This document shows positions 48,461 through 62,887 of a stretch of 64,000 nt of DNA, piece by piece. Position 1 is the stretch's first letter, and each line of letters opens with the position of its first letter. The stretch comes from Mytilus edulis (Eukaryota), in the NCBI RefSeq assembly GCF_963676685.1, contig NC_092344.1, positions 44,206,001-44,270,000 of the forward strand. The letters run 5' to 3'. The notes beneath the pieces are model-generated. The model had not been told where the DNA came from, did not search any database, and worked only from the letters and a program-made list of their open reading frames with translations. The position numbers were made by a program, and so were the translations under genes.

Positions 48461-49634
48461 CTTTATTTGTGTTCTTTTCATCACTTTTTGTAACATCCTT
48501 TGTCTCAACTAAAGAATCTCTGCTACTTTCTTCCTCTTCATTTGTTTCTTTCAATTCACATGTTGTAAGAAACTGACTTTGTTTTACTTTATCACCATCT
48601 ACAGAATCTGTAACATCATTTATAGCTTGCTCTCCATTGTCTTTTTTACTCTTCTGTTCCATTATATTCTCTACTTCCATATCATCTGCCTTTGTAATAT
48701 CTTTTGGAGTTTCTACTTGTGTTTCATCTGGCTTCAAATTGTCATTTGGAGTTGATTCAGTGTCAACTTTTTCTTTCGGGACACTGAGACCGACTTTTTC
48801 AATGATATGTGGGTCATTTTGATGTTGTGTTGAACTGTCTATACACTTATTATCAACCTCATCTGAACCAACAGTTTCTGTTTTATCAGTCTTTATTGTA
48901 TCAACAGCAGGTCCAGGGTTTGTAACATCTCCTGTGTTTTCAATATCTCCCTCATTTATATGTGAAACACCTCCAGTTTTCAGTTCTCCATCATTATGTG
49001 AAACACTTCCAGTTTGCAGTGCATCACTATTTGTACAGTCTTGATCCATGGCAGTATGGCAAACATTTTCAGTGAGATCTAAGTTCTGCTCTTTAGAGCT
49101 ATGGGGTAAATATTGAGAAGTAAGGTAAGTATCAGAAGATGCTGATGCTACAGATATCAATGGCTGCCCCATCTTTCCAACTGGCATGCAGTTAACGATA
49201 CTTGGCAAGTCTGTAGAAATTGAAGACAAAATTGGCACCAATGGTAATTTTTGTACTAGTTCAGGCTGCTGATCTGGTAACACCATAGTACCTGGTATCA
49301 GGGTGCTTGACGCTATTTTCACCATGTGTGGATCAATAGGAAGTCCAATGGTTGTTATGGCAACTGGCAACATATTAGGAGGTTGAAGTTGAAGTTGTGG
49401 TAAACTGATGTTTGCTATAGAAGGAACACTATTCACATTTTGTACAGAAGTGGCAGTAATATCTGCATATGCAGGTAAATGGCTAGGTAATGAAACATTC
49501 TCAAAAGAAATCTGCTCGAATGTTTTAGGAATACTTGAGACATTGACAGCTTCTTTTTGATTTTCAGAGTTATCTCCACTTGAACTGACTGTAAATGGTG
49601 ATTCTGTAGATTCAATTCTGCCATTATCCTCCAT
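48461..49634 (-). CDS. SFMBT1: SFMBT probable first coding exon (long disordered N-terminus)
   Basis: 391-codon open frame from ATG 49634; acceptor at 49656; phase-1 donor joins the MBT1 exon in frame. Confidence 0.75.
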
Positions 49635-51479
49635 CTTTACTTTTTAATTCATTAACTGAAAAATATTCAATTCAATAGAAGATTATTTTAACTTGTAAAG
49701 ATTTTATTCCAATAGACATGATAGAGCCCTGTATTAAACTGTTTGTTTGTATTTTTTCTTCATTATAGTCAGGTTTTTATTACTTGTATTAAAGCTCTGA
49801 TGAAAACACTACTAATGTAATAAGATTTGTTTTCATTAAAGACAATCACTTGTAGAGACACAGCAATTATAGAGGGGTGAGTAACCATAATTTACACATA
49901 TCCCTGTATTGTACACACTGTGCAGAGGCTGAAAAAGACAACAATGACAACTCTTTAAGTCCAACATTTTGTCCAAGCTTATTATTAAAGCCAAAAATCT
50001 GTAAAAAAAACCCAACAAAATATAGATTTTTTGTCCAATTGACTGCTGTAACCCACATAGTTGACCACTTTTGTACTCTATGTGTACATACAACTCCATA
50101 GACAATGCAGACAATAGAAATATACAATGTATATGGAATATGCATCCATCAGCACCCTCTTGTCTTGAAGGTAACAAAATATGGCAAACATATGCTTAGA
50201 TCATGCTTTTTTTGTATGAGATTTTATGACGTTTAATCAATAGATTGATAGTTTAAATTAAATAACTTTTTTAATATAAAATAAGGAAATTATTATAAGA
50301 GGGTCTTTTTGGAAACCAGAAACAACACTTTTATTTCTATGGGTTGTTCAGAGTGATGTCACCTGTTAGCTTAACCTAGACAGGGGAAAATATTCAATAT
50401 GCCAATTTTACAATTAATTTTTTAACATGTTTAACTTACAAATATTTATATGACAATTTTTTTAAGGTAAAAAAGCAAAACATTACTGTAAAACGTGCTA
50501 AATAATGACCTTCTCCTTAGTGCTATGTATTAGTCTGTAAGGTAAAAAATAATAATAATACATGTACCTGTGTGTCTTTTAACATGATGAGAAAAATAAG
50601 GGTCCATAGGCAGGTAAATAACTATATTTTCAAAAGCTTTTAATTGTTTTGATGATGGCAATCAGTCTAACTATAATAATGCTTGTTATATTTTTTTATG
50701 TAGACAATACAAATTATGGTCAGTCAGCTACTAACTTAGTGAAAACACATCTTTTTTTTCAGGCCACTTAAATGCTTAAAACGAATGTTCAATAATCTTG
50801 AGAAAAAAAAAATTTGAATATATAAAAAAAGTTGTCTGAATGGAAATATTTTAAAGCCATTTTAATCTTAACTGTCAAAAGGTACTAGTTTCTGTTCATT
50901 GATAGATGATCAAATATTTTTTCCTTAGGGTTTTAACCATGTAAAAATACTACATTTTTGTACTATCAGGGAATACATTACTGGATTCACTTTTGCTGTC
51001 TCAATCTTTAAAGATTGAAGAATGCATGTACAAACATGAATAATAATGATTCTGTATACACCATCTGGATGTTGCTTTTTTTCACTCTACATACATGTAC
51101 ATGACATATCTACACTCATTGATTTCTACTGAAAACTGAATTTGAAGGCAAAAAATAAATGTGGATATTGATCATTGAACTCGTTATGTCCATAGTTATA
51201 ATCTATCATTTTTAAACAAAATTCTGTGTACAGGTTTTTCTAGATGTAGTAATTAAAAGAAAACACGATATGATTTTTTGTTAATTCTTGAAAACTTATT
51301 ACCATGATTACATTTGTATGTTTGCTACAGTCATGACCTTATGAGTGAAATAAATAGACAGTCATTCACAAACAACAAACATTGTTGCGTTTTATGTTCT
51401 GATTGGTTGTGTCTGTCATACATGTCTGTTCACCTGGTAAAATTTTGGGTATATGTACTGTTCATTTTAGAAATAAATC

Positions 51480-52630
51480 TATACAAAAAAGTAATTTTCA
51501 GTTCAAATGTGGTGAACTTTGTCTTGAATATGCAGCTTGTTAGAAATATCTTGGTGCACTTTTGAATGAATTTTTGGATTATTCTATAATTGCCAAAGAA
51601 TTGTATAAATCAGCTAATAGAGCTCTTGGTGTTATTAAAGCAAAATTTTGTAAAACTGGTGGTATGAATTTTGATGTATTTACTAAATTATATGACACTT
51701 TAGTCAAACCCATTTTTACATATGCTTCCGGTGTATGGGGCATAATATACATAATTGTATATATACTTTGCAAAACAATGCTTGTAAATTTTTCTAAGGC
51801 TTAAGCAAAAGAAGCAGCAATTTAGCTGCTAGAGGTGACATGGTTTTTTTATCAGGTGATGCACTACTAAAAGTTGAAGTTTTTAAACTATGGAATTGTC
51901 TTAAATGTGACAATACCAGCAATATATGTAAAAAGGTTCATACCTGGGCGATTAGAAGAAAATCTTCATGGGATTATAGAGTTTTACAGTTAGCTAGTAA
52001 ATATAGTCGAATTCAAAATGTAGAAGATGAAATTAATATGAGTAATGTATGGGATTCTATACAAACTTTGGAAAAAGAATCTTGGCACCATGAAGTATGG
52101 AATGAATAAAATAATGTCAATGGTAATAAATTAAGATTTTATAGATTGTTTAAAACTTGTATTGCTACGCAGCCTTATGTAAAGGTATTTAATTATAGAT
52201 TCCACCGACGTATTTTGTCACTATTCAGAGCTGGTTCGTTACAACTTAAAGTTAAAACAGGTCGATATGCTAGACCACCTGAACCTCTACAAGACCGTTT
52301 ATGTATTTTTTGTGATAGTTGCCAAATTGAAGAAGAAAAACACTTTCTTTTTAATTGTTGTTTTTACTCTGATATCAGACATGAATTATATGCCAAAGCC
52401 TGTCTTTTAAGTGTTGATTTTGAGTATTTATGCGATATTGAAAAACTTCGTTATCTTATGTGTAATGAGAATATGGTTCCTATTTTAGCTAGTTCCCTTT
52501 ATCATGTTTTATCGACGAAAACATGTCGTCTAGAAATAATATATGGTTTTTTTTATTTCTTATTTACGAAATACTTTTTAAATGTATTAAATCTGTCCTT
52601 TTATGCATGTTTTATATGTTTGTTTTAATG
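51480..52630 (+). mobile_element. Degenerate non-LTR retrotransposon ORF2 3' part (CR1/L2-group like)
   Basis: Broken frames with KYLG, KLYDTLVKPIFTYASGVWG and C-terminal TGRY...RLCIFC...EEEKHFLFNC zinc knuckle; stops and frameshifts. Confidence 0.85.
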
Positions 52631-52652
52631 ATAGTGTCTCATAAGTGAAAGA

Positions 52653-52674
52653 GTGTGTGTGTGTGTGTGTGTGT
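52653..52674. repeat. (GT)n microsatellite
   Basis: Direct reading. Confidence 0.9.
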
Positions 52675-53871
52675 TTATTCACAGTTAGTGCTTCATTATT
52701 AGCTTGAATCCTTCTAAAGGCAGAAATATTTGCTCCTCCATTTATTTTACCATGTGTATATATGGGAAGATCTGTAATTTTGTTCATATTTTCCATGTGC
52801 CAAAGAACACATAAGGTTAGATAAATTCTAAGCTTAAACACAGGACTGGATAAATATGATGAAATATATACACATGAAAGCACACAATTATTTTATTCTT
52901 GCCTAAAATATATTTAAACATTATTTTAATGCATGCACACGTTTAGTTTCAATATAAGTTCTATACATTTCTATTATATAAGTTTGACCTTTTTGGTATA
53001 ACTTCGTCCATACTCTTTTTCCTATTTACCCTCCCCCTTTTTTATCAGTATATATCTTTCAGTGATTTTTTAAAGTTTCGTTAACTATATGTATACTGGA
53101 AGAGCTGTGACTTTGTCTATATTTAATGTATGCCAATAAACATAAAAGGCTATGCATTTTTAAGCATAAAAAAGGATTGGACAAAAATATACACATGTAA
53201 ACACAGGGCACAATATTTTGTTTTTATTCTGACCCCAAGTTAGTCAACATATATAAGAACCATCCATTTATTTCAATGAATGCATAAATTAAGTTTCTAT
53301 AGAAGTTCTTTGCATTTCTGAACAAGTCTGGTCATTTTTGTATAACTTAATCCATTCTCCTACTCATATTTACCCTCCCCCTTTTTGTTGCGTATTTTAG
53401 TGATTGTTGAAAGTTTTTTATCTGTAAAAATAAAGTAAGCCACAAAGATACAGAACTCACTAGCAAATACTTACTGTGCCTTTACCTACAATACTAGTTC
53501 CACATTTAAGTCTATAGATAAATTATGAAATAATACTTTCGAGGTTCTATTTTTAGACTAGAGTAAAAATGAATGATAAATTTTCCGCGTATAATAACCA
53601 AATAAAAAGTATTTGCAATAATGATACTATATTTATAATTAGTATTGCCTCATTTGCATCATACAATATTTTCCATTTTGCTGTTATCAATCACCCCAAC
53701 TGTTTTAAATATGGTACTAATGAAATATATTGATATTCTTCCAAATTATTCTTGCTGAAATAAACAAGTCATGAATATGCATATTATATTTGATATTTGA
53801 CCGACCAAAACAATCGGTTAAATTTCCTATAAATAATGAAAAATATTCGGGAAAAAGATATATGCAATTAC

Positions 53872-54110
53872 CTTATATATTAATCGATATGCCAATTAAA
53901 AGAAAAATGCAGTATCGAAGCTTTAACACTACAAATTTACAATTTTCTGTCCTTCTGTTTGTAATCATACTTCCACGTTCAAGATGGCAACTAATCGGCA
54001 AAAGTACACTGTGCGCATGTCCTTGTTACAAGATGCCGCTAACATGCCCCAATATTTTATATCATATATTTTTAAATTTAAATATTTACGTGGCGGAACT
54101 TGGTCGATAA
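53872..54110 (-). promoter_or_regulatory. Putative SFMBT promoter and non-coding first exon
   Basis: Minus-strand AAG|GTAATT donor at 53871; YY1-like CAAGATGGC (~53980), NRF1-like TGCGCATG (~54012), ETS-like CGGAA (~54094). Confidence 0.45.
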
Positions 54111-56639
54111 ACACGTGTAAATGAGAAATACACAATTTTATGTATGAAATAGTAGATAATCAATACCTAACAAATATATGATTAATTCATTAACAAAAAA
54201 TTGAGTTTATACTTCCCCTTCGCCTAGTGTGCAATAAAAACAGTATTTACATAATAACTGTGTCTCGAATGTATGGAGACAATTTAATCTACCCTGGGAA
54301 GAGTATACTGACAATATATTATGTCCCATATTAATATAACTACTCGGCAATGCAGCACATGTGAGATGTTAGTACATTTTTACCACGGAAACGCGGACGT
54401 CACTGAGAGGGGCATATAGTTATCACATAGTTTGTGATCGTAGATCATAGTACTGGGTGGTACATAACGTACCAGGCTTAGATTGTACATGTATGATCAT
54501 GATCGTGAATTGTTGGACTATCGTTGGCATGCTGTTTATGAAAATCCGGGATAATTCGAAGGAAAGATAAATTATTAATAAATTATTTGTATAAAGTGCC
54601 CGAGGGCAATTTTATGATAACTTGGCGAGCTAGTACACGAAATTGCATTTTAGCATGTGCTCGAGGAATGTTAATTTCGGAAGCAGTATTTCAGAATATT
54701 TTGTGGTTAGTGATTACATGAAATGGCAGTGACAATATTATTCAAGTTAACTTTATGATAAATTCCAAGTCGTTTTAAACTGAGACAAGCATGAAATATT
54801 TGCCACTGAAACGGCGTCAAGTGTAGCAATCTGGGGGCATCAATCAATCAATTTCAGAAATTTTCAGTTTATTTTGTATAATCAAAGGATATTAATCAAG
54901 CTACTGCTAAGTCGTTTGAAAGATTTAAGACGGCCGTATGTTTCTCTGTTGTAAACTGAGTCACAAATTATTTAATTTAAAATATTACATCAGCTGATCA
55001 AATATCGTGGTATGTCGTTTACTGAGTGCAATATGTTGTAGTTTTCTAAGATCTGATGGTACAAATACTTTTTTTTTGCAAGTCTTTTCTTCATTCAAAT
55101 ACAGAGGTACTGACGGAAACATTTTACAAAACAATAATACAGTAGGATCCATAATGATCCTCGTACAAATTGGAATTCTAAAAAAACCCTGATTAAGATC
55201 AAATATGAGTAACAAGTTAGACATTTGGTCATGCTAGATCCACAGGGACTCGGTCAGACGATAATTTTGGGGGGCATTTTGCAATCCATCAGTCGGTGCA
55301 ATTTTAGTTGTGTGTCGTACATTGTATTTCATGTTTACTTGTATCAAATTATTAGCGTTGGAACCCAGAGTTGTACGTATGTTTAATAGCAATGAGTAGT
55401 TTACTATCAATGTCCTTATACTGAAAAAATATAATCATTACAAAAATATATATCCGCTAACCGAATCCCGGATTCAGGATATCAGTAAAAACTATAGTTA
55501 CATAACCATGATAATAGTAAGAATCTGGATAATACTGGATCTATACTATTATCTATTATTTATACTGATGCACTTGATAAGAATACAGGGGCAAAGGAGT
55601 TAATGATAATGTAATGCCACTCAGTTACATACTTTATAACAAACAAAATATGATAAAAAAAAATACATTTCGTGGGGGGAGGGGGGATCGGAAATTAAAA
55701 AGATTGCGAAATGAGACCTCATTCTAAGTTTAATGTTGATGTTGGGAGGAAAAAGGGGGGTAAGAACTTCTGAGTTTGCCAAAATTGAAGTGTTTAACTT
55801 GATCAAAGGATCTGAGCAGTGAATAAATAATAGAAAGTTAGTCCTACCTTCTTTCTTTTTTATTCATGTTGACTATATTAGTTTATTTCATTATAAAGAA
55901 AACATAAAAACGAGAAGAAGTTGTATGGTTGCCAATGAGACAACTCTCCTCAAGAAACTTCATGACGCATGCAGAAGTTAACAACTAAGTGTGGTCCCAT
56001 AATATCTTTTCCTACATGTGGCCAAGGATTTATACAAATCCTTGATGTGGCTATGGTATCTTGCTGAATATATTTTTCAGAAAGATTTTAAAATAAATTA
56101 TTTTATCCAAAACAGATCATGATTCTAGCAAAATAAACTCTAGGAAATAAAATTGAAAGGCCTCAAAGTCTTATTATTTGTGGTAATTCTTATTTGGGGT
56201 ACAAGTATTTGGCTTTGCTTTGTGATTACATTGAAATGCAGTTATCGAAATATCGATAAACAGTCGGCAATCCAACTAAAATTAAGAACTATATCGTTAT
56301 TTACTAACTCACATAACTCGTGTCAACGTATATATTTTGAGTTAGATTGAAAGGCAAGACTATTTGTGTTTGAACATTTATAATAAACGAGTACTAAACG
56401 CGAGACAGAAATTTTGCTATACTCTGCCTTCCCTCTGTTATTTTGTTTTTATCTAGAAGAGATTTTTTTGGGCATAAATCTACGAAACCCCTTTCCAAGG
56501 TACTAACATATATATATGACGATTTGGTGTCACGATATCTCAGTAGCATGGGTTCAATTCCCGGCGAGGGAAGAACCAAAATTTACAGATCTAACATTGT
56601 TGGGTTGAAGTTTAGACACAGCCATATATATATACTGCA

Positions 56640-56900
56640 CCTGTCCTAAGTCGGGAACCTTTTGTATAGTGGTTGTCGTTTGTTAATGTACATGTGGTCC
56701 TCGTTTTTATTTAGATCATACTTTTGGTTTTCCTTGTTTAATGGTTTTACACTAGTCATTTTGGGGCCCTTTATAGCTTGCTGTTCGGTGTGAGCCAAAG
56801 TTTCATACTTTGACCCATGATATTGATTACCGTTTTTTTCCATATTGTTACATGGATGGAAAGTTGTCTCATTGGCACTCATACCACATATTTTTCCTGT
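56640..56900. repeat. Dispersed repeat family ending GTTGTCTCATTGGCACTCATACCACA
   Basis: Inverted copy at 57620-57795; partial copies near 27515, 42588, 43674, 55915. Confidence 0.7.
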
Positions 56901-58155
56901 ATATGTAACAATATGAACGGGCTTGATTGACACTGTAAAACTACGATTGGATTAAAAAAGAATAAGACGGAAATTCAATTAAAATCGTAAAAGATTGACT
57001 CTCTATTAACCTTTAACATATGCAGTTTTAGTAATCAACTGAAATTCTGATCGTAAGACTCATAGCTACATTGATTCAGAGAAAAAGATGTCAAACGTTG
57101 ACCGTATACGTGTATATAGGCACGCCATATGTGGAGTACAGTTTTACGTATGTCAAAAACTCCCTTTGTCTATATCAATAACATATTCCGTATATCATAC
57201 GATACAAAATTCTACATAAACTTGTAAAAAGAATCTTGAAGTACTGAATATCGATCGGATGACCACAAGTTCTTGTGGATGGTCAAAATCACTCGTCGTA
57301 GAAAAAAAATAACATATCTCTTTACCTGAAACTAAGGTTAATGAAGAAATATATTTTTTTCTGAGACAAGTTCGTGCGTGGATGATGAATAAATGACAGG
57401 ATATTCAATCTCACCGTAATAACTATTATAATGTAGTGATACAAATCAGTATACAAATCAGTATACTGATTTGTTGTTATATATTATATTAAAATAACAG
57501 TTACATGTATATATGATTTCCATCCATTTGTATATCATTCTATTCTACTATTCTAATAATAGTGCAATGCAAGTGCATAGGGACACTTTTCTGTAAAAAT
57601 TCGATTTTTCTAAAATAGATATAGGAAGATGTGGTGTGAGTGCCAATGAGACAACTCTCCATCCAAATTACAATCTAAAAAAAGTGAACCATTATAGGTC
57701 AATGTACGGCTTTCAACACGGAGCCTTGGCTCACACCGAACAACAAGCTATAAAGGGTCCCACAATTACTAGTGTAAAACCATTCAAACGGGAGAAACTA
57801 AAAGATTGGTTACGAGTAGGCATTCATATTTTCCCGCAAAAACAATTACAGATTTACCGGTCCTTGCTGATAGTGTCGCAAAACGTTCTTTGAGATGTTC
57901 TTCTGCATGCTTTAACACAATTTTTCGGTACGTGTGCATTGATATTATCAATGATTGTTTACTTATATATAATTCGTGTGGTCTAGCGGGACGGCTACAG
58001 TACAGGCTATTTGGTGTCACGATATCTCAGTAGCATGGGTTCAAATCCCGGCGAGGGAAGAACAAAAAATTTGCGAAAGCAAATTTACAGATGTAACATT
58101 AATGGGGTGATGTTTAGACGAGTTGTATATACGTATATATATATATATATATATA

Positions 58156-58425
58156 CAACTCGTCTAAACATCAACCCAACAATGTTAGATACTGTAGTAC
58201 GACGCTAGATTAAAACTGACGTGGAAAGGTAACACCCGGCCACCGAAAGCTTCATTTTTATGAAGCCCAGGTGGTCGTGTGGTCTAGCGCACCGGTTACA
58301 GAGCAGGCGATTTGGTGTCACGATATCTCAGTAGCATTGGTTCTAACCCGGCGAGGGAAGAACAAAAAATTTGCGAATGCAAATTTACAGATCTAACATT
58401 GTTGGGTTGATGTTTAGACGTGTTG
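58156..58425 (+). mobile_element. TIR-bounded element containing a tRNA-like (A/B box) segment
   Basis: ~35-bp TIRs CAACTCGTCTAAACATCAACCCAACAATGTTAGAT, TA-flanked; partial copies at 57974-58125 and 56519-56618. Confidence 0.7.
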
Positions 58426-60449
58426 TATATTATGTACACAGCCATGTATCACCATCACTGCTGGTGATCCGACGGATAAATCTGTTGTAGAGTTGTCACT
58501 GGCTCAGACGTAATTATCTAACTACAAATCATTTTCATATTATTAATTCATGTTGTAAACAACAATATTTTTATCAGTATTCATTGGAGAGATGTATTTA
58601 TATCAAACGATAAGGATTGTTATTTTGCACTCGCTTATGTGCGCGTATATATCATGTTTATAGATCGCGGTTATAAACCCAAAACTAATTTACATTATGG
58701 AAATCTAGGCGATAGCAATACATCGGAATGACCTCAAGGTCATCGCGATCTAAAAATGGTTGAACATAATTTAGTAACTTATTGGAGAAAGATAATCGTT
58801 TGCTCGCTCTACTTTTACACTGGTGTGATAGCTATGGTATGAATACTGAACTTGAAATATACATTTTTATTACGTATCAGACTATCAGTATAAGTATTTG
58901 AAATCGTCAAGAGAAACTGCAATTTTTTAACAAAATATTTTTAGTAATGTGTGCATCAACTTTGAAGCACTTAAGATCATTTCCAGTTCCTGTCCGTGTT
59001 CTTCTCTTTAATATCTTAAGTTTTTCTATAGTTTCTTGTAGACTGGTGCTCTTCTTTTCGGTAGTTATTTTCGTTTTCTTCGGTGTTGGTATTTTTTTCA
59101 ACTTTTAATTATTTGATAGCTTCTCAATCTGTCTCTGTCACGGTGCCATTTAACGATGGCTGCTGATTTTAAGACCGCATAATATAAATTCATCTATTTC
59201 TTCTGTAAATATGGCAGTAAATACTCCTCGTCTGAGCTGCTTATGTAATTTTGACACTTCAAATTCTCGTATAATATAGATTACAAAGAATTCATCACGG
59301 TTTGATGCACTGCATTAAAGAAACCATGCTTTTAGTTCCTGCATCTTCAATAAAAAGATGTCTGGATACTGAAATATCTGCAAGTAGGATGCGAGAAAGA
59401 GACAAACACGCATCCGTTTGATTCAGAACAATAATGTCAATTCCATAATCATTGGTAAACATTTATTTTCTTCCGTTTTCTGAGGATGATTCCTAAATTA
59501 TTACTTATGTCATTCGAACGAAATCCCGGTCTGGGGGAATCGTGATCGTATTCTTCGCAAACAGACGTCTGCAAATTAACCGCGGAAATTCGATTTTTGA
59601 AAAAAAAAGTGAGATAATCTTTTATCAGAGACTCTGTACTAACAACCTCAAAATGACAAGTGACTGCATTTTTAATCAAACTAAAAGGAACTATATCTGA
59701 TCCATAAGATAAGTGAACTACTAGTGTACAGAATCATTATTATCTTTGTTCCTACGATAACACTATAGGTCTCGGAAAATATTTCACAACCGGTTCAATA
59801 AGGGTCATGGACATGGAGCCCATGCCGTCGCCGACGTAGTAGGCCCTACTTTAAAAGAATTATCCGCGTAATAAATGTGATTAACTTCGATAATTGTATA
59901 CATCGACTTTTTTCTCTGTGCTCTTATACTTACACACTACAAATAGTATCGTTAGTTTTTTTTTTAAAATAGAATGTAACTTTGTTTCTTTCAAATGCTT
60001 ATTATGAAAAAAAATCGGTGGCATATTTGACAACTTTACCCCAGTGACCAACTGATCAACTATGAGAGAACATCGTACCGTATAATAAGATATATAAACA
60101 CTATTTCTTAGCAAATTGGGACCATTTGCCAAAATTATACTTGGAAAATATTTAAACCAACTTTTAAGTGGAATAGGAATAATAGTTGTAAAATAATAGC
60201 TTGTTTCCCAATCCACTGTAAATGAATATGTTTAAATCTAATGCGTAAAGGATTCGTGAATATATAATTTTAAAATTCCACAATAGTTGATCTTCGCTCT
60301 TACTGTAAAAATAATCAGTCAATGGTCGAGACTATGGGTCACTGTTACCGTTATGTTGTATTTCCTTAGCAAACCGTTGATAACAACTATATAATCTTTT
60401 TCATTACTGTGTAACCGGAGAGCATGATTCTTCATACAAAATCATATGT

Positions 60450-60521
60450 GTCTCCTCCGGGGCTCGAACCTGGGACCTCTGGGTTGCAAGGCAGCGCGTT
60501 AACCAATTGAGCTAAAGAGGA
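60450..60521 (-). pseudogene. tRNA-like sequence (Ala-TGC-like pseudogene or SINE head)
   Basis: TAGCTCAATTGG A box and GGTTCGAGCC B box; acceptor and anticodon stems only partly pair. Confidence 0.6.
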
Positions 60522-61462
60522 ACTTTCTAATAAGCTCAACCGCTTACGACTGACTAAATATCCACCACATTTATACTAAGGGGAGCAATTCCGTCACATG
60601 GGATTTTCCAAGGATTTGTATAGTAAGATTACTATACAAATCCTTGGATTTTATATATTTTGCGCTACTCTTCTGTTGAAAATAAATTTGGTTAAACTGC
60701 ATGTTTGGATGTAGTTTAAATATATCAGTACTTGGACTCATCTCTTCAAGTGCAAAAGTAACGGGCTTACTTAAAAACATATGGAAATCTTTGTTTCTGG
60801 GTATGCGAAGACCGTGATACTTCAATATTTCAGAAAATTAATTGGTTTGTTTTGGCAAGATTTTATATATTAATGTTATAGGAATTCCTATGGGAACTAA
60901 CTGTGTACTGAGTGCATGCTAATCTTTCTTCACTGATAAAAATCTTCTTTAATTGCAATACGTCGGAAAGGAAATATTTGAATTGCATACACGAATAAAA
61001 TCCCATTAACGAACAAATCAGCAATTTTAACAATACACTCAGTACTAGCAAATACTTTGATGCTATATGCAGGATTAGTTTGGCTCGATTGTATTAAACG
61101 TCGAATGATTCTATACTACAGAACTTGAGCTAAACAAAGTCAATGTAACAGTATTTTGAGAATATAGTGTTTGATTGTATTGTAAAATGAATTCACAACT
61201 TTTATGAAGTTGATTTCAATTTTGCCATCGCAAACTTCAAAGTTCAATTTTTTATTGTGCTTACCTTTAGCTGGAACTATGTTTGTCGTAAGTTTATACC
61301 TATTTCAATGTCGTAGTTTGATTGGAAATATGGAAAAAAAATGTGATATTAGAAAAAGGTTGGAACACATTTCAACACTGAACAAGAGCTACATCAGTCG
61401 CATGTGCAGTACAAATGTAAAACAATTCAAACGAAATAACCAATTGCCTGATATATGCACAC

Positions 61463-61590
61463 AACAATAGCAACAAAAAGAAAAAAAGTCAATCAAATTC
61501 AAGTTATTTTAACTGATTATGTACAAAACAATAGCAACAAAAAGAAAAAAAGTCTATCAAATTCAAGTTATTCTAACTGATTATGCACAA
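61463..61590. repeat. Two-copy ~64-bp tandem duplication
   Basis: AACAATAGCAACAAAAAGAAAAAAGTC...AACTGATTATG twice. Confidence 0.85.
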
Positions 61591-62887
61591 TACAGTTGAG
61601 GTTCATTCACGTTTTTGTTGAAAGAAGTGAAATGGTCTGAGCAAAGTTCTAGTTTTATAAATATAGTTTCTATATAAGGTAAAATCGTAAAAACATTCAA
61701 TTCTATCCAATGTTCCATTCACAAAGGACGAGTGACTAGTGTACACATGACATTCGATAATTTAAGAGTTTTGACAACTTCACCGGCTTTCATCTACAGA
61801 TTACGTTGTTAATTATTTTTTTTTGATAAAAAAAACCCAGTAATTGTGAAAAAATTATGTGTCGGCACGTGCCTTATTAAGTGCCTAGCGGCAGCTACGC
61901 CCCTGGCAGATTCCGTGGTTTATTAAAGTCTCATCACAGAAAAAACAAACATTAAAAACATGTTGCATCTACAAACAGCTAGATGTTTATATTGACGGTT
62001 TAAACGTGACAAGTGACATGCATGTGTCATTCGTTAAAGAGTTATTAAAGAGTCTACATGTATACAAATACATGTACAAACTTACATCATGATTAGTCTA
62101 TAATCATATAAAACATGTAAAAGAGTAATTATGATATAACATAATGTTTTTCCACGTTAAAATGTTATACTAGGCCAGGTTTTTACAAAAATGTTACAAA
62201 AGTTTTTCTTATCATAAACTAGATTAATATTTTTCTTCATATAAACACATATAAACTTCTTTTTTTTAAATTATCAATGAATATGGACATATATCATGGC
62301 CTTGAAATCTTCGAACATTCAGTACTGAAAGTTCATGTTTTCATCTCGCAACAGCAGTTATTATTATGCTGCTGTTATATAAGAAATTGTAAAGGAAATT
62401 TGACTTAACGATTGATTTTCTTTTTTGAGAGGAAATTTGACTTAACAGTTGATTTCTAAAAGAAATCTCAGATTTCACAGAACTTTTTTTGTGTTTGTTT
62501 TTGTGTACATGCATATGTACGGAAATATTACGTTGTGTCACCGGTTTGTTCCGTGTTTATTATTTATCATGTCAACTTCCGGAAAAATGACAGATGACAG
62601 AAATACAGAAAATACCAAAGAAACAAATCACCATGGAATAATGATCATTCTATAGCATAACCTGCTATATTCATATTTTATAGAAGTATCCATAATCTCC
62701 CTCAATGATGAAAATTCCATTTGACTGATTGGAAAGATATTTCACCGCATTCTTTGCAGCCAGACTGAGGCCCAGATACCCAAAATATTGGGTTTCATAT
62801 ACTTTACAGAGTTAATCTTTACAAAGAAAACTAAAAGCTTAACAGCATAAACAATTGTAATTGGAAGACTATTTCATCTTGTTATTA

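Noticed and set aside
52862-53420. Diverged ~330-bp local duplication
   Set aside because: Old intronic duplication with no coding or structural signal.
60450-60521. Functional tRNA-Ala(TGC)
   Set aside because: Anticodon stem and the top of the acceptor stem do not pair.
54200-62500. Short ORFs between SFMBT and STIMATE
   Set aside because: No recognisable domains or consistent exon chain; several overlap dispersed repeats.
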